Positions 19,782 to 30,037 of a stretch of 64,000 bases of DNA are shown piece by piece. The stretch comes from an uncultured delta proteobacterium. GTDB lineage: Bacteria; Desulfobacterota; RBG-13-43-22. The position numbers and the translations under genes are program-made. Under the pieces are notes generated by a model. That model made no database searches. It saw only the letters and a program-made list of their open reading frames with translations, and was not told the DNA's origin. The stretch covers positions 96,001 to 160,000 of the forward strand of contig CAVUPH010000013.1 in the NCBI GenBank assembly GCA_963743305.1, given 5' to 3'. How positions within the stretch are numbered: the stretch's first letter is position 1; the number at the start of each line of letters is the position of its first letter.

Positions 19782-22700
19782 ATGACACTGACAAGAAATA
19801 CCCCAAGCAGAAGCAGTCGCCCAATCCTCCGGAAAGCTGTTCCCCGGGAGCGGCTTTTTGAGCGGCTGGACCGCTTTTGGGAAGGCCCGGTCATCTGGAT
19901 CTCCGGTCCGGGGGGCTGCGGCAAGACCACCATGGCCAGTTCCTACCTGCAGGAACGGGGTATCCCCAGCCTCTGGTACCAGGTCGAGGAGGCCGACAAA
20001 GACCTGGCCACCTTCTTTTATCATTTGGGAGCCGCCTTTAGCAGTGCTTTCCCTAAACGAAAAAAAACCCTGCCCCTTTTGACCTCGGAATATCTTCAGG
20101 GCATCCCCACCTTTGCCAGGCGTTTTTTTAAGGAAGCCTTCAGCCGCTTGAAACCCGGGACCACACTCGTTTTCGACAATGCCCAGTTCATTCCGGAAAA
20201 TTCAATCGTCCAGGAGGTTGTTCTCCTGGGGGTGAACGAAATCCCCCAGGACAAGCACCTGGTGCTGATCAGCCGGGGGACCCCGCCCCCATCCTGGATC
20301 AGGCTTCAGGCTAACCAGCAATTGGGGCTCTTGACCTGGGAGGACCTGCGCCTGACCTTAGAGGAAACAGTGGAGATCGCCCGACTGCGAGGCGACCGGG
20401 ACGCTCCCGCAAGAGACGATTGAACACGTGCACGCCCTGGCGGACGGCTGGGCGGCGGGATTGATGCTGATGTTGGACAGCCTGAGCCAGAGGGATCGAT
20501 CTCCCGGCGGTGGAGGAAACCACCCGGGAGGGGATCTTCCATTATTTTGGAAATGAGATCTTTGCCAGGATCAGCCCGGAGGTTCAGGATTTTTTTCTGC
20601 GGACAGCCTTTCTGCCTCAAATGACCATCGGTATGGCGGAAGACTCTGACAGGCCTCCCCCAGGCCGGTTCCATCCTGTCCGCGGTGATGCGGAACAATT
20701 ATTTTATCGAGCAGCGATACCTCCAAGAGCCGGTTTACCAGTACCACCCTTTGTTCAGAACATTTTTACGCCGTAAGGCCAAGGTCATTTTTGACCCGGA
20801 ACCTTTCAAGGAATTAAGCCGGAAAGCCATTCACCTTCTGGAAACGGACGGGCAGATCGAAGAAGCTTTCCATCTGGCCCGGGAAGCGGATGACCGGGAA
20901 ATGATAAAGCGGATCATCCTTCAGCAGGCCCCAACACTGCTGTGGCAGGGAAGGTACCTTCTGCTGGCGGAATGGCTGGACGGCTTACCAGGCGATCAGA
21001 TTGAACAGGATGCCTGGCTTCTGTTCTGGAAAGGAACCGCCCGGTATCTTTATGATCCAGTTCCAAGCCGGGATCTCCTGGAGCGGTCTTATGAAAAGTT
21101 CAAGCAAAATGAGGAAATAGACGGGATGCTGCTGGCCTGGTCCACGGTCATTCGAGCCATCATTCAATGCACGTATGACCAGTTGGACCATTGGATTGAT
21201 GAACTTGAACTCCATATCCGGGATCCTTTCCAGGAATTTCCTTCTCCCTGGATAGGGTCCCAGGTTTCCACCTGTATGTTTTCGGCCCTGACCCAGAGAC
21301 AGTCCGGTCATCCGGAGATAGAGCAATGGGCGGATCGCGCCTTGGCCCTGACGGAGGCCCCTGAATTTAAATACGATAGAATGATGGTTCTATTCCATCT
21401 GATACTTTACGGAATCTATGCCGCCCGTTTTGATAAGGCCACCCTGGCGCTGGAACTGCTCAACTCGTTGAACCAGACTCTGGAAATACAGTCGGTCAAT
21501 CGTGCCTGGGGCTACCTTGGAGAGGCCATATTTTTTGACATGGCGGGCTTCCCGGAGAAATGCGAAAAGGCCGTTTCCGAGGGTCTTGAGTTTTCCCGAA
21601 CCTTGGGCTTCCATGCCGCGGACGATTTATTGCTGTTTCACGCCATCCAGAATTCATTGAATATGAATGACACCGAAAAGGCGCGCCTGTTCATTAACCG
21701 GTTGTCAACCTCCTCGAACAGCCCGGGGATGGAAAACAGGGCTATGGCCACCCGTGATCAATACTTATATTGTTTAAGTTTAGCCAGAGAAGAACTTATT
21801 CGGGGAGCCTACGATCAAGCCGCCATTCATGGAGAGGAGGCCCTGCGTTACGGGATCGAGACCGGCGCTCCGTTCATTTTCGGGGTCGCTTATTTGCTGA
21901 ACGCCGTTATTCTGAATCACCGCGGGATGGATGATAAGGCCCGGGAATACCTTTCCCAGGGCTTGGCCTCCTCCCGACAGATCAAGAGCCCATTCCTGGA
22001 ATTCAATGCCCGGCTGCAGCAGGCCTATATGGCCTTCAAGAACCAGGAGGAGAACCAGGGCCTCATGTTTCTCCGGGAAGCGTTGATCCTGGGGAAGGAA
22101 GCGAAGTTATTGAATACCTACATTGATTGTCCGGCCGATACCGCCTTTCTCTGCGAGAAGGCGCTGGAAGAGGGGATCGAGGTGGAATATGTCCAGGAAA
22201 TCATCCGCCGGAGACGACTGGTGCCGGAAAGCCCTCCGGTTCATCTGGAAAATTGGCCCTGGCCGTTAAAGGTGTACACCCTGGGGCAATTCAAAATTTA
22301 TAAAGATGGGCAGCCCCTCCGTTTCTCCCGCAAGGCCCAACAGAAGCCCCTCGATCTGCTCCAGGTCCTCATTGCCACCGGGGACAGAGGCATCCGGGAT
22401 GAGGAATTGGCCGATGCCCTCTGGCCGGAGGCCGACGGGGATGCAGCGGCCCAAACGTTAAAGACCACGCTGTATCGGCTTCGCCTGCTGATCGGCAAGG
22501 ACGAGGTGGTTAAGGTCCGCGAAGGGCGGGTGAGCCTCGATTACCGTCATTGCTGGACCGACGCCTGGGCCTTTGAACAGCTTCTAGGAGAGGCTGATCG
22601 GAGCAATTCCCAGGCCGCCCTTCCGCTGCTGGAAAAGGCCATCGGGTTATACCAAGGCCCTTTTCTGGTCCGGGGAATGGAGGAGCCCTGGCTGCTGTCC

Positions 22701-22997
22701 GCTGCGGAAAGGCTGCGCAGCAAGTTCCTGCGCGGGGTTGAAAAATTGGGATCTTTCTGGAGCCGAGGCGGGGAGTGGGAGAAGGCCCGTGAGTGTTACC
22801 GGAAAGGGCTGGAAGTGGACGGGTTAGCCGAGGAATTCTGCCAGGGCTTGATGCTGTGCTGCCAAAACCTGGACTTGAAGGCCGAGGCTCTATCTCTATA
22901 CAAGAATTTTGAGAAGAGACTTAAAACGGAACTGGGAATCGAACCGGCCGCCAAAACCAGGGCCTTACGGGACAGCTTGCTGGGAGGGGCGTTATGA
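19782..22997 (+). CDS. MalT-like ATP-dependent regulator with C-terminal SARP/BTAD domain (three +1 frameshifts at about 20410, 20505, 20642)
   Basis: Walker A GPGGCGKTT, WEDLRLT, GWAAGL, YQYHPLFR, TPR-like core, TLGQF..wHTH, LWPE, LYQGPFL, ELGIEP; consecutive pieces in frames 0, 1, 2, 0. Confidence 0.85.
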
Positions 22998-23109
22998 GGG
23001 GAGTAGAGAGAAGACAGAACAGAGAAGAGAGATAAAAGATGGAAGATGGAAGAAAAAGACAGGGGGAAGAGGGAAGAGTGAAGAAAAAATTAGACAGGCC
23101 GGAGGCCAT

Positions 23110-23250
23110 AGCGGTGAAGGAAGCCTTGACCAGCCTCAAGGGTATGGTTCCCAAACCTGAAAAGAAATTGTCGTTGGAGGAGATGGACGAGGCTATTGCT
23201 CAAGAAACCAACCGGTGATCGGGTTGGACGCTAATGTCCTGGCCTTATGA
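23110..23250 (+). pseudogene. Remnant AbrB-like antitoxin C-terminus and PIN toxin N-terminus
   Basis: SLKGMVPKPEKKLSLEEMDEAIA* overlapping GTG ATC GGG TTG GAC GCT AAT GTC CTG (MIGLDANVL), then a stop. Confidence 0.6.
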
Positions 23251-23479
23251 TCAGGAAGCGGCGGAAGACGATCTGTTTCGCCTTGTCCCGCTTTGATCTG
23301 CCCGGCTTGGTCGACCACTTCCACCCCGGTTACCCTGGTCCCACCACTCCAACTGGATCCGCTTCGCTTGATCCACCATAACATAGATACTCTCTTCTCT
23401 TTTCTCTCGTCTTCCTTTCCAATCCGGGTCCAGCGGCCAATAAAATTCAATCCCCTCACTTTTTTTCCATTTCCCTCTA

Positions 23480-23516
23480 ATCTGTAACCTATCTGTAACC
23501 TCACCCCGGGTAATCT
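23480..23516 (+). promoter_or_regulatory. Tandem 11-bp direct repeat with candidate -10 box (SARP/wHTH-type site)
   Basis: ATCTGTAACCT x2 (23480-23501), then TAATCT at 23511-23516. Confidence 0.55.
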
Positions 23517-23682
23517 ACCGCCATTCGCAGAATGCAATCCCTTTTCCCCGCCCTCTCCAGCATGGAGGTAAATAAAGGGATAAGGAGGTGATTATTTAAC
23601 GGGAAAAAAGGTTGGACGGATGGTCAACCGAATAGAAAACACCACCCAGGTTCCGTTTAACACCAAAAAGGAGGATGCGAAC

Positions 23683-23982
23683 ATGGTAAGATGGACAAGA
23701 AGTGTTAGGATTGCGCGTGGAAAACCCTTAGAAGCCATGCAATGGGCCAAGGAGATAACGGAATGGATCAACAAAAAATACAACCTCCAGACGAAAGTTT
23801 ACGTGGACTCCTTCGGCGAGGTTGGAACCCTACGCTGGTTCGTTGACCACGAAAGTCTTGCCGTCCTGGAGAAGAGTTGGGATCAGTTGCTTGGAGACCA
23901 AGAATACTGGCAAAAAGTCAACCAAAGTAATGACCTATTCGTTGAAGATAGCCTCTTTGACACCGTCATGCGCACTATCTGA
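23683..23982 (+). CDS. Small dimeric alpha/beta barrel (NIPSNAP-like) protein
   Basis: AAGGAGG RBS; 99 aa; pattern ARGK..EA..WAKE...DHESLA..E...DQEYW. Confidence 0.65.
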   Translation: MVRWTRSVRIARGKPLEAMQWAKEITEWINKKYNLQTKVYVDSFGEVGTLRWFVDHESLAVLEKSWDQLLGDQEYWQKVNQSNDLFVEDSLFDTVMRTI

Positions 23983-24002
23983 GTTGACCTAAGGCCAAGA
24001 GC

Positions 24003-24045
24003 AAAGGCAGGGCCGAAAACGGGTATTTGGCCCTGCCTTTTTTTT
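24003..24045 (+). terminator. Intrinsic terminator
   Basis: AAAGGCAGGGCC...GGCCCTGCCTTT followed by a T-tract. Confidence 0.85.
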
Positions 24046-24123
24046 AAAAAGACTCAATCCTTAAACGTCCTTTTGGGTCGGCAGATTCAGGCAAAGTTAG
24101 CCTGCTGGGTCGATTGAGGGGTC

Positions 24124-24302
24124 ATGAATCCGGTCGTCAATTACATCATTCGGATCTACCGGTGCGAAAAGGACCGACCCCAAAGTCTGGTGGGGGTCGT
24201 GGAAGAGGCGGGAAAAAGGGGAAAAAGGCCTTTCAGAGCTATGATGAGCTTTGGGATATTTTGAATTCACCAAAAAAAAGCGAAACATCTAAGGAAGGAT
24301 GA
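24124..24302 (+). CDS. Small conserved hypothetical protein, about 59 aa (one -1 frameshift in an A-run near 24225)
   Basis: NYIIRIYRCEKDRPQSLVGVVEE joins KAFQSYDELWDILN after adding one A. Confidence 0.6.
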
Positions 24303-24377
24303 GGAGGTGATCAGGTAACGGGTAAATAGATTTGGCGGATAGTCAACCGAATAGAGAAAATTAGAAGGAGGTGTCCC

Positions 24378-26085
24378 ATGCCAAAGAACTTTAATGGCCT
24401 GGCCGAAGGGCTTTCCCAGAAATCAATATTATCCGGGAAAACCTATTTTTTCCATCCTGGAACAAACGGCAAAAAGGGTCCCCAATCGACTGGCCATCAT
24501 TTTCGCCGGTACCGAAATCACCTATGCCGAACTCAAGGAACTTGCCGAACGCTTCGCCTCGGCCCTTGTTGATCTGGGAGTTCAAAAGGGCGACCGGGTT
24601 TCCATTCATCTGGTAAACTGCCCCCAATTCGCCATTGCCTATTACGCCATCATGAGAATCGGTGCGGTTTTCACGCCTCTCAGCCCGCTTTCTTCGCCCA
24701 GAGAATTCACCTATCAGCTCAATGATTGCGGGGCCGAAACTTTAATTACCCTGGACCTCTTGTATCCTGGGATCGCTTCGGCCATTCCTCAGACCAAGGT
24801 CAAACGGATGATCACCACCAGCCTGGCCGACTGTTTTAACCCGATTACCGCTCCGCTCAAACCCCTGGGCAAGATGGTTGTACCGGACACCCTCGATATG
24901 GCCCCTCTCTTGATAAAATACCCACCTTTCACCGCCCAGGTGGATATCGATACGGCGAACGATGTGGCCCACCTGGCCTATACCGGAGGCACGACAGGAC
25001 TTTCAAAGGGTGTTGTTCTAACCCATGCCAATGTCGAGGCCAATGTCCTTCAATTCGGGAACTGGAGCAGCGGCGCCGTTGTGAAGGAAATAGACGGTGT
25101 CTGGGAAGCGGTGTACCCGGACGGTGTTGAACTATCTGCTTTGCCGATCCGGCAGGACGAGGAAACCTCCATCGTGGTTGTGCCCTGGTTTCATGCCATG
25201 GGAACCGTTGGGTATCTTAACGCCCAGATATATGGCGGATATACCATGGTGGTGCTGCCGAGGTTCGATCCCCAAGAGTATCTGGATGCCATTGTCAAAT
25301 ACAAGGCGACCTTTATCGGCGGCGCCCCGCAGTTGTATATTCCCTTAATGAATCATCCGGATTTTGAGAAATACGACCTTTCCCACATAAAGAGAGCCGT
25401 TTCAGGCGCCGCACCGCTTCCTGTGGCGATATTCGAAAAACTTGCCGGTGCTTTCGGCGTGGAATACATCAGCGAAGCCTATGGCTTGACCGAGTGTACC
25501 ATGGGGGCCACGATGACTCCTCCGAGCGCAGCGGGCGCCCGGGCGGGATCCGTCGGTCTGCCGGTTTTTGATACCGAAATCAAAATCGTGGAGGTCACCA
25601 CCGGAAACGAACTTCCGGCCGGACAGGAAGGTGAGGTTTGGATCAAGGGTCCCCAGGTCATGAAAGGGTATTACAACAAACCGGAAGCCACCGCGGAAGT
25701 GCTGAAAGACGGATGGCTTCATACCGGTGACATCGGCAGGATGGATGAAGATGGATACCTTTTCATTACGGACAGATTGAAGGACATGATCATCTACAAG
25801 GGCTACAACGTCTATCCAAGAGAACTCGAAGAGATCCTCTTCCGGCATCCCGCCGTTGAACAATGTGCTGTGGTGGGTAAACCCGATCCGGATGCGGGGG
25901 AGATCCCGGTAGCTTTCATCAAGCTCGCTCCGGGCAAGGAGGCCATCCGTGAAGAAGTAATGCAATTTTTGAATACTGAGGTGGCGGCCTACAAAAAAAT
26001 CAGGGAGGTGATTTTTCTGAAGGAAATTCCCGTAAGCGGAGCTGGAAAGGTCCTGAAACGAGAACTGAGAGAACAATTGAAATAA
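24378..26085 (+). CDS. Long-chain fatty acid--CoA ligase (AMP-binding)
   Basis: YTGGTTGLSKG, EAYGLTE, GWLHTGDIG, GKVLKREL; the RBS favours ATG 24378 with a +1 slip near 24393, otherwise ATG 24394. Confidence 0.92.
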
Positions 26086-26208
26086 TAACGGGGCGATCCA
26101 TCATTTCTTTCAAGGGAAGAAGAAAGGAGGTGAGGGGCTTGGTTCTGTCGGCAGGGTAGATGTTGGATACCAATAACCATTAATGAACTCATTAAAGGAG
26201 GGAACATC

Positions 26209-26904
26209 ATGAATAGTTCAAAAATAACGAAGTGCTGCTTTATCGCAGCCGCCATCGCGCTACTAGCTGTGTTCGTGGCCGTTCCGGCCGGGGCGGGGGG
26301 CCTGGACCGAAGGCTCTACGGGGACTATACCTATAATGTAGCCGCAACTTGCGCATACGCTGTATGCGGCCCGGACCAAAACGGCAAATACGACTGCCAA
26401 TCCACTCCGGGGCTCAACCCGGATAATTTAGTGCGATTAATAACAGGAAGATCGCAAAGCTATAACGTCCTGGGTGTGATTCACTTTGACGGCCATGGGA
26501 AATCGACCCTTAAGGGGGAGGTCATGACTGTGCGTATTAGTCCGTCCACGGACCCGGTTGATATTCCGGCGACCCAGTCTGCCCTGGATTGCGTCGGCAC
26601 CTACGTAGTAGATTCTGAAGGCAATGAACTGTTTGTTGACATCACATTCACCAACTGCACTGGCAAGATCAAGCAGCCGGCGATCTTAGGGGCTTGGGAG
26701 TTTAATCTTACTGGTTCCACCACTGTCCGGGGACGGTTGGACACTGTCACTGGGAGCAGCACTGTGATCATAAGCAACACGTTACCCTACATAGAAGAAT
26801 TAGAGTATACTGCGGGACCCGCTAGCGGCATGAAAGAACAAAGAATCTGCAATAACATGGGAACCATAGTGAAGCTTTCACCGTGGCACTGGTTCTCAAA
26901 ATAG
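26209..26904 (+). CDS. Secreted hypothetical beta-rich protein with several Cys
   Basis: AAGGAGG RBS, signal peptide ending near PAGA, 231 aa. Confidence 0.7.
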   Translation: MNSSKITKCCFIAAAIALLAVFVAVPAGAGGLDRRLYGDYTYNVAATCAYAVCGPDQNGKYDCQSTPGLNPDNLVRLITGRSQSYNVLGVIHFDGHGKSTLKGEVMTVRISPSTDPVDIPATQSALDCVGTYVVDSEGNELFVDITFTNCTGKIKQPAILGAWEFNLTGSTTVRGRLDTVTGSSTVIISNTLPYIEELEYTAGPASGMKEQRICNNMGTIVKLSPWHWFSK

Positions 26905-27059
26905 CAAACGGACGACTCGAAAACTAAAAATTAGCCATTAAAGTTTGTCTCCAATTCCGGCAGGGCCGCCCTCGGCCCTGCCTCCCCTTTTTCCGGGGAA
27001 TAGAACCCATAAAGAAGCCAGCCGAGAATGACCTGTTCCGACCATTTTCCAGATGCTTC

Positions 27060-27195
27060 GTGAAAAAAGGTCGAGAGATCGAAAGGCTACCAGGTCAAGT
27101 TTGGAGTACATTTGGATGATCTCGAAATGATTATCGAGGGTCAATAACCTCAGACCGTTTTCAATAGCGACTTGGGCAATCAGGAGATCAACCAC
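27060..27195 (-). pseudogene. C-terminal fragment of a PIN/VapC toxin
   Basis: DLLIAQVAIENGLRLLTLDNHF with no N-terminal PIN half. Confidence 0.65.
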
Positions 27196-27219
27196 TCCTA
27201 CTGGCGAGGCAAATAGGGT

Positions 27220-28069
27220 CTATTGAATTCCCATTCGAAAGCGGTAACCTTGAAATCGAAAGACGATGCCCTTTGGATATATTTCCTCCACCCTGCAGCC
27301 CTTCGGTTGAAACCTGTCCTTCATGGAGAAGCTGCTCGTTGACCTGAACCAAGCGGTTCTGCGGCTCGGGGCTGTAAACGTGAGCCGAGATCTTCAACGG
27401 TGGTAGGGCGCTGCGGATATCGGCCGGCAAGTCGTTCAGGTTGAAAACCCGGTCGCTTGGCAGCGCCGCCGTTTTTGACGCCTTCCGGGGCGGCACCTTG
27501 GCCTGATCGGAGGTGGAGGCCTTTTTATCCGGAGGCGGTGGAGTTTTCTCCGGTTCGGTTGCCGGCACCCGCGCTTGGGGCGGTCCGGGAGAGGGTAGGT
27601 CCACCGGACTCTTGGGTGTCGCCGGAAACGAGGGCCGCTTCTCGGCAGGTATCGCCGTCTTGACCGGGTCGGAAACCGGCAATTTCTCCGGAGGGGCGAT
27701 TGAGGTTTTCCGGTCTTCCGGGCCCTTGGAGCCCGCCGGAGTCGGGGTCCGCTCCGAGGACTTCTTTTGGCGGTCTGCGTCCTGGACGAGAGAGGTCACA
27801 GGAGGGGGGGCGGCCGTGGGGCCCTGTTTGACGAGGGCCCGCTGGGGGAGTAGCGGGGCGGGTCGGGGCGGTCGGTATGGTCCCCGGAAAACAATCCACC
27901 AGAGCAGGACCATTACGTTGAGGATCAGCCCCACCGCGACCAGGGTTGGCCAATGGGCCCTGGGGCGGGCTTTCGGCAGGGTTGCGTCCGCCAGGGTCAG
28001 GGTTGGACGTTTTTCCCCCTGTTGCCTCTTCCGTTCGAGTTTTTTCAGGGCTTCCGGGATATAGGACAT
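27220..28069 (-). CDS. gspB: GspB/ExeB type II secretion accessory protein (+1 frameshift near 27292)
   Basis: MSYIPEALKKLERKR, TM helix, Pro-rich linker, LKISAHVYS; removing one G restores VEEIYPKGIVFRFQGYRF*. Confidence 0.8.
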
Positions 28070-28071
28070 AC

Positions 28072-28590
28072 CTAAAAGGACCCTTTCCCGTCGTGAAGCA
28101 CCGGGTCGTCGGTATCGGATGCACGACTCAACGGCATGATCGTCAGGGTGCCGACGATCCCGTCGGGCACCAGGCCCACGGACAGTTGGAATCGTTTGAT
28201 CTCCCGACCCAATGTTTGGTCATATTCGGGGTCCTTTTCGGTTGGTGAGGTTCGCCCCTGGGCCAGCGCCAGGTGACGCTTCAACCAGGCCACGATGGGA
28301 CCCCGGCTTCCTGGTTTCACGTCTCCCCGGTAATTAGGGGGTGCCCGCCAAAGCAGCAGGTATTCGCCTGTCCAACTCCGGTTAATTTCCTCGAGTTCAA
28401 CGACCCTGGCCCCCGTTTCGAGTACCACGTTGGCCGTTTTCCCCCGGAGGGAGGATGGCGCGTCGGCTCCGGCTGTGAATGGCCAGGAGATAGTCATGGA
28501 TGCCGGAGACCAGTGTCTGGTTCGTGGCCGGGCCCTCGGGCGGGCTGATCCCGAACTCCCGGCAGAGGGTAAACAGCAATTCCACTAGGA
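28072..28590 (-). pseudogene. Internally deleted ExeA/GspA remnant
   Basis: AAA-domain fragment (ELLFTLCREFGI...LLAIHSRSRRAIL) joined out of frame near 28451 to the C-terminal WTGEYLLLWRAPP and PG-binding (FQ...GL.PDGIVG) part. Confidence 0.75.
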
Positions 28591-28740
28591 ATTCAATATA
28601 CTATAGAAAAGATTGAAAAGGAAGCCTGGAAGGGGAACCATCGGGTTACGGTTCCGTGTAAAGATCGAGATTGCTTGGGGAGGACCTGGTGTGAACGTAA
28701 ATAGTTAAGTCCATTTAAAGGCAGTATAGGATAATTCGTA

Positions 28741-28769
28741 TTGACAATTATGATTTTAGATGCTAAAAA
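28741..28769 (+). promoter_or_regulatory. sigma70 promoter with overlapping palindromic MarR operator candidate
   Basis: TTGACA 28741-28746; palindrome TTTTAG-ATG-CTAAAA 28754-28768. Confidence 0.55.
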
Positions 28770-28775
28770 CAAAAC

Positions 28776-29225
28776 ATGTCCTTGCAAATCCTCAAGATAG
28801 CCGCGCAGATTCGCCGAGTTATCAACCGGTCCATGTTCCTGGAGAAACGGACCATTTTGCGCCATGAAGCCCTGCGGCTTTATCCCTCGGAAATCCATCT
28901 GCTGCAGGTCATCCACGAATCCCCGGAACTGAGCGCCGGGGAAATGGCTCGGAAGTTGGGCATCAGCATTGGAGCCGTGTCCCAGACCCTGAATCGGCTG
29001 GAGAAAAAAGGGGTTATCCATAAGACCAAGGACCCGGCCCTTAAAAACAGGCTGTCGGCCAGATTGACCGGGGTCGGACAAACGGCTATCCGGCAATTCG
29101 AACAAGGGCAGGAGGTTACGATGAAGGCGTTTTCCAGCTACCTGGGCGGATTGTCAAACGGAGAAAGAAAGGTTGTCGAGGGATTTCTATCCCACTTGGA
29201 GGAATTCTTGAAACGCCTGGAGTAA
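28776..29225 (+). CDS. MarR family transcriptional regulator
   Basis: LYPSEIHLL, EMARKLGISIGAVSQTLNRLEKKG, LT..G. Confidence 0.9.
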   Translation: MSLQILKIAAQIRRVINRSMFLEKRTILRHEALRLYPSEIHLLQVIHESPELSAGEMARKLGISIGAVSQTLNRLEKKGVIHKTKDPALKNRLSARLTGVGQTAIRQFEQGQEVTMKAFSSYLGGLSNGERKVVEGFLSHLEEFLKRLE

Positions 29226-29275
29226 TTTTTTTTGTAATATGTTTATAGTATCTAAAATCAAAAAGGAGGATGATT

Positions 29276-30019
29276 ATGAACAACAGTTTGCTGACCGGCT
29301 TTTGGCGTACCATGGTGGGAGTGCCTCCCTTTCTTTGGGAGAAACAGATTAAAAAGACAAGACAAAAAGTTACAAAGGCCATGGCTTTCATGTCACCGGA
29401 CCATCGCCGGGTTCATCACTATGTGGTCCGGGAGTTGCCGCGGATAGGGGGTCCGCTGGAGGCGGAAAGGGTGGCCCGGGATCTGGTCTTGTCCGTGGAG
29501 CGGACCATTGAAATTTTACAGGATCTGGAGAAGCATTTGACCTTTCTGGTTCGGAACGAGCAGGGGCAGGTCGTCTGGGCCTACCCGGTTACTGTGGAGA
29601 AAACCCCACACCGGATCAGCTTTGGATCAGGGGAGCAATTGTATTCTGCCTGAGCGGTGGACGCTTTCGCGACGCCCTTCGTGCAAGGGCGACTGAGACA
29701 GGAGCAGGTGGTTATTCAGGTGGAAACGGAATGCGCCCATTGTAAAGAGCCCATGCGCCTGGAAATCGACAGCGATATGCATTGCCATGGCCAGGAGTCC
29801 GGAGACAACTTGATTATTTTTGTCCCCGACGTGGATTTCGGACGCCTGAAAGATCCCACCATCATCGAGGCCTTCTGAAAAGAAAGCGTTTTCTTCCGGT
29901 CGGAAGAGCACGCCAGGGCGTTTCGAAGGAAAGAGCATCGAATCCGTGGTGCGTATTTCACCACCGTTCAGATCGCTTATTTAAATAAGGCCATCCAAAG
30001 CGCCATCTTTGGCTGGTGA
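29276..30019 (+). CDS. Second MerB-like protein with two predicted selenocysteines
   Basis: AGGAGG RBS; single frame through TGA 29651-29653 (AYPVT..TPHRI...LYSA-U-AVDA) and TGA 29876-29878 (IIEAF-U-KESVFFRSEEH), 247 aa; CAHC; hairpins after both TGAs. Confidence 0.85.
29673..29691 (+). promoter_or_regulatory. Putative SECIS for TGA 29651
   Basis: Perfect CGCCCTT-CGTGC-AAGGGCG hairpin 19 nt after the TGA. Confidence 0.55.
29886..29913 (+). promoter_or_regulatory. Putative SECIS for TGA 29876
   Basis: TTCTTCC-GGTC-GGAAGAG 12 nt after the TGA, extended by GCGT/ACGC; nearly identical to 12621-12638. Confidence 0.75.
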
Positions 30020-30037
30020 ATATCGGGGCGGAAGGAA

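Noticed and set aside
22995-23420. Purine-rich and pyrimidine-rich tracts and overlapping short ORFs
   Set aside because: Low-complexity intergenic sequence without credible coding signal, apart from the TA remnant
30017-30019. Third in-frame TGA in MerB-like copy 2 as another Sec
   Set aside because: No Cys-equivalent position or hairpin; another TGA follows 13 codons later and the frame runs into the convergent gene, so it is treated as the stop
8705-30019. Genome-wide UGA reassignment (Trp/Gly)
   Set aside because: Many genes end normally in TGA (dctM, glgA, hydrolases); read-through sites coincide only with Cys positions
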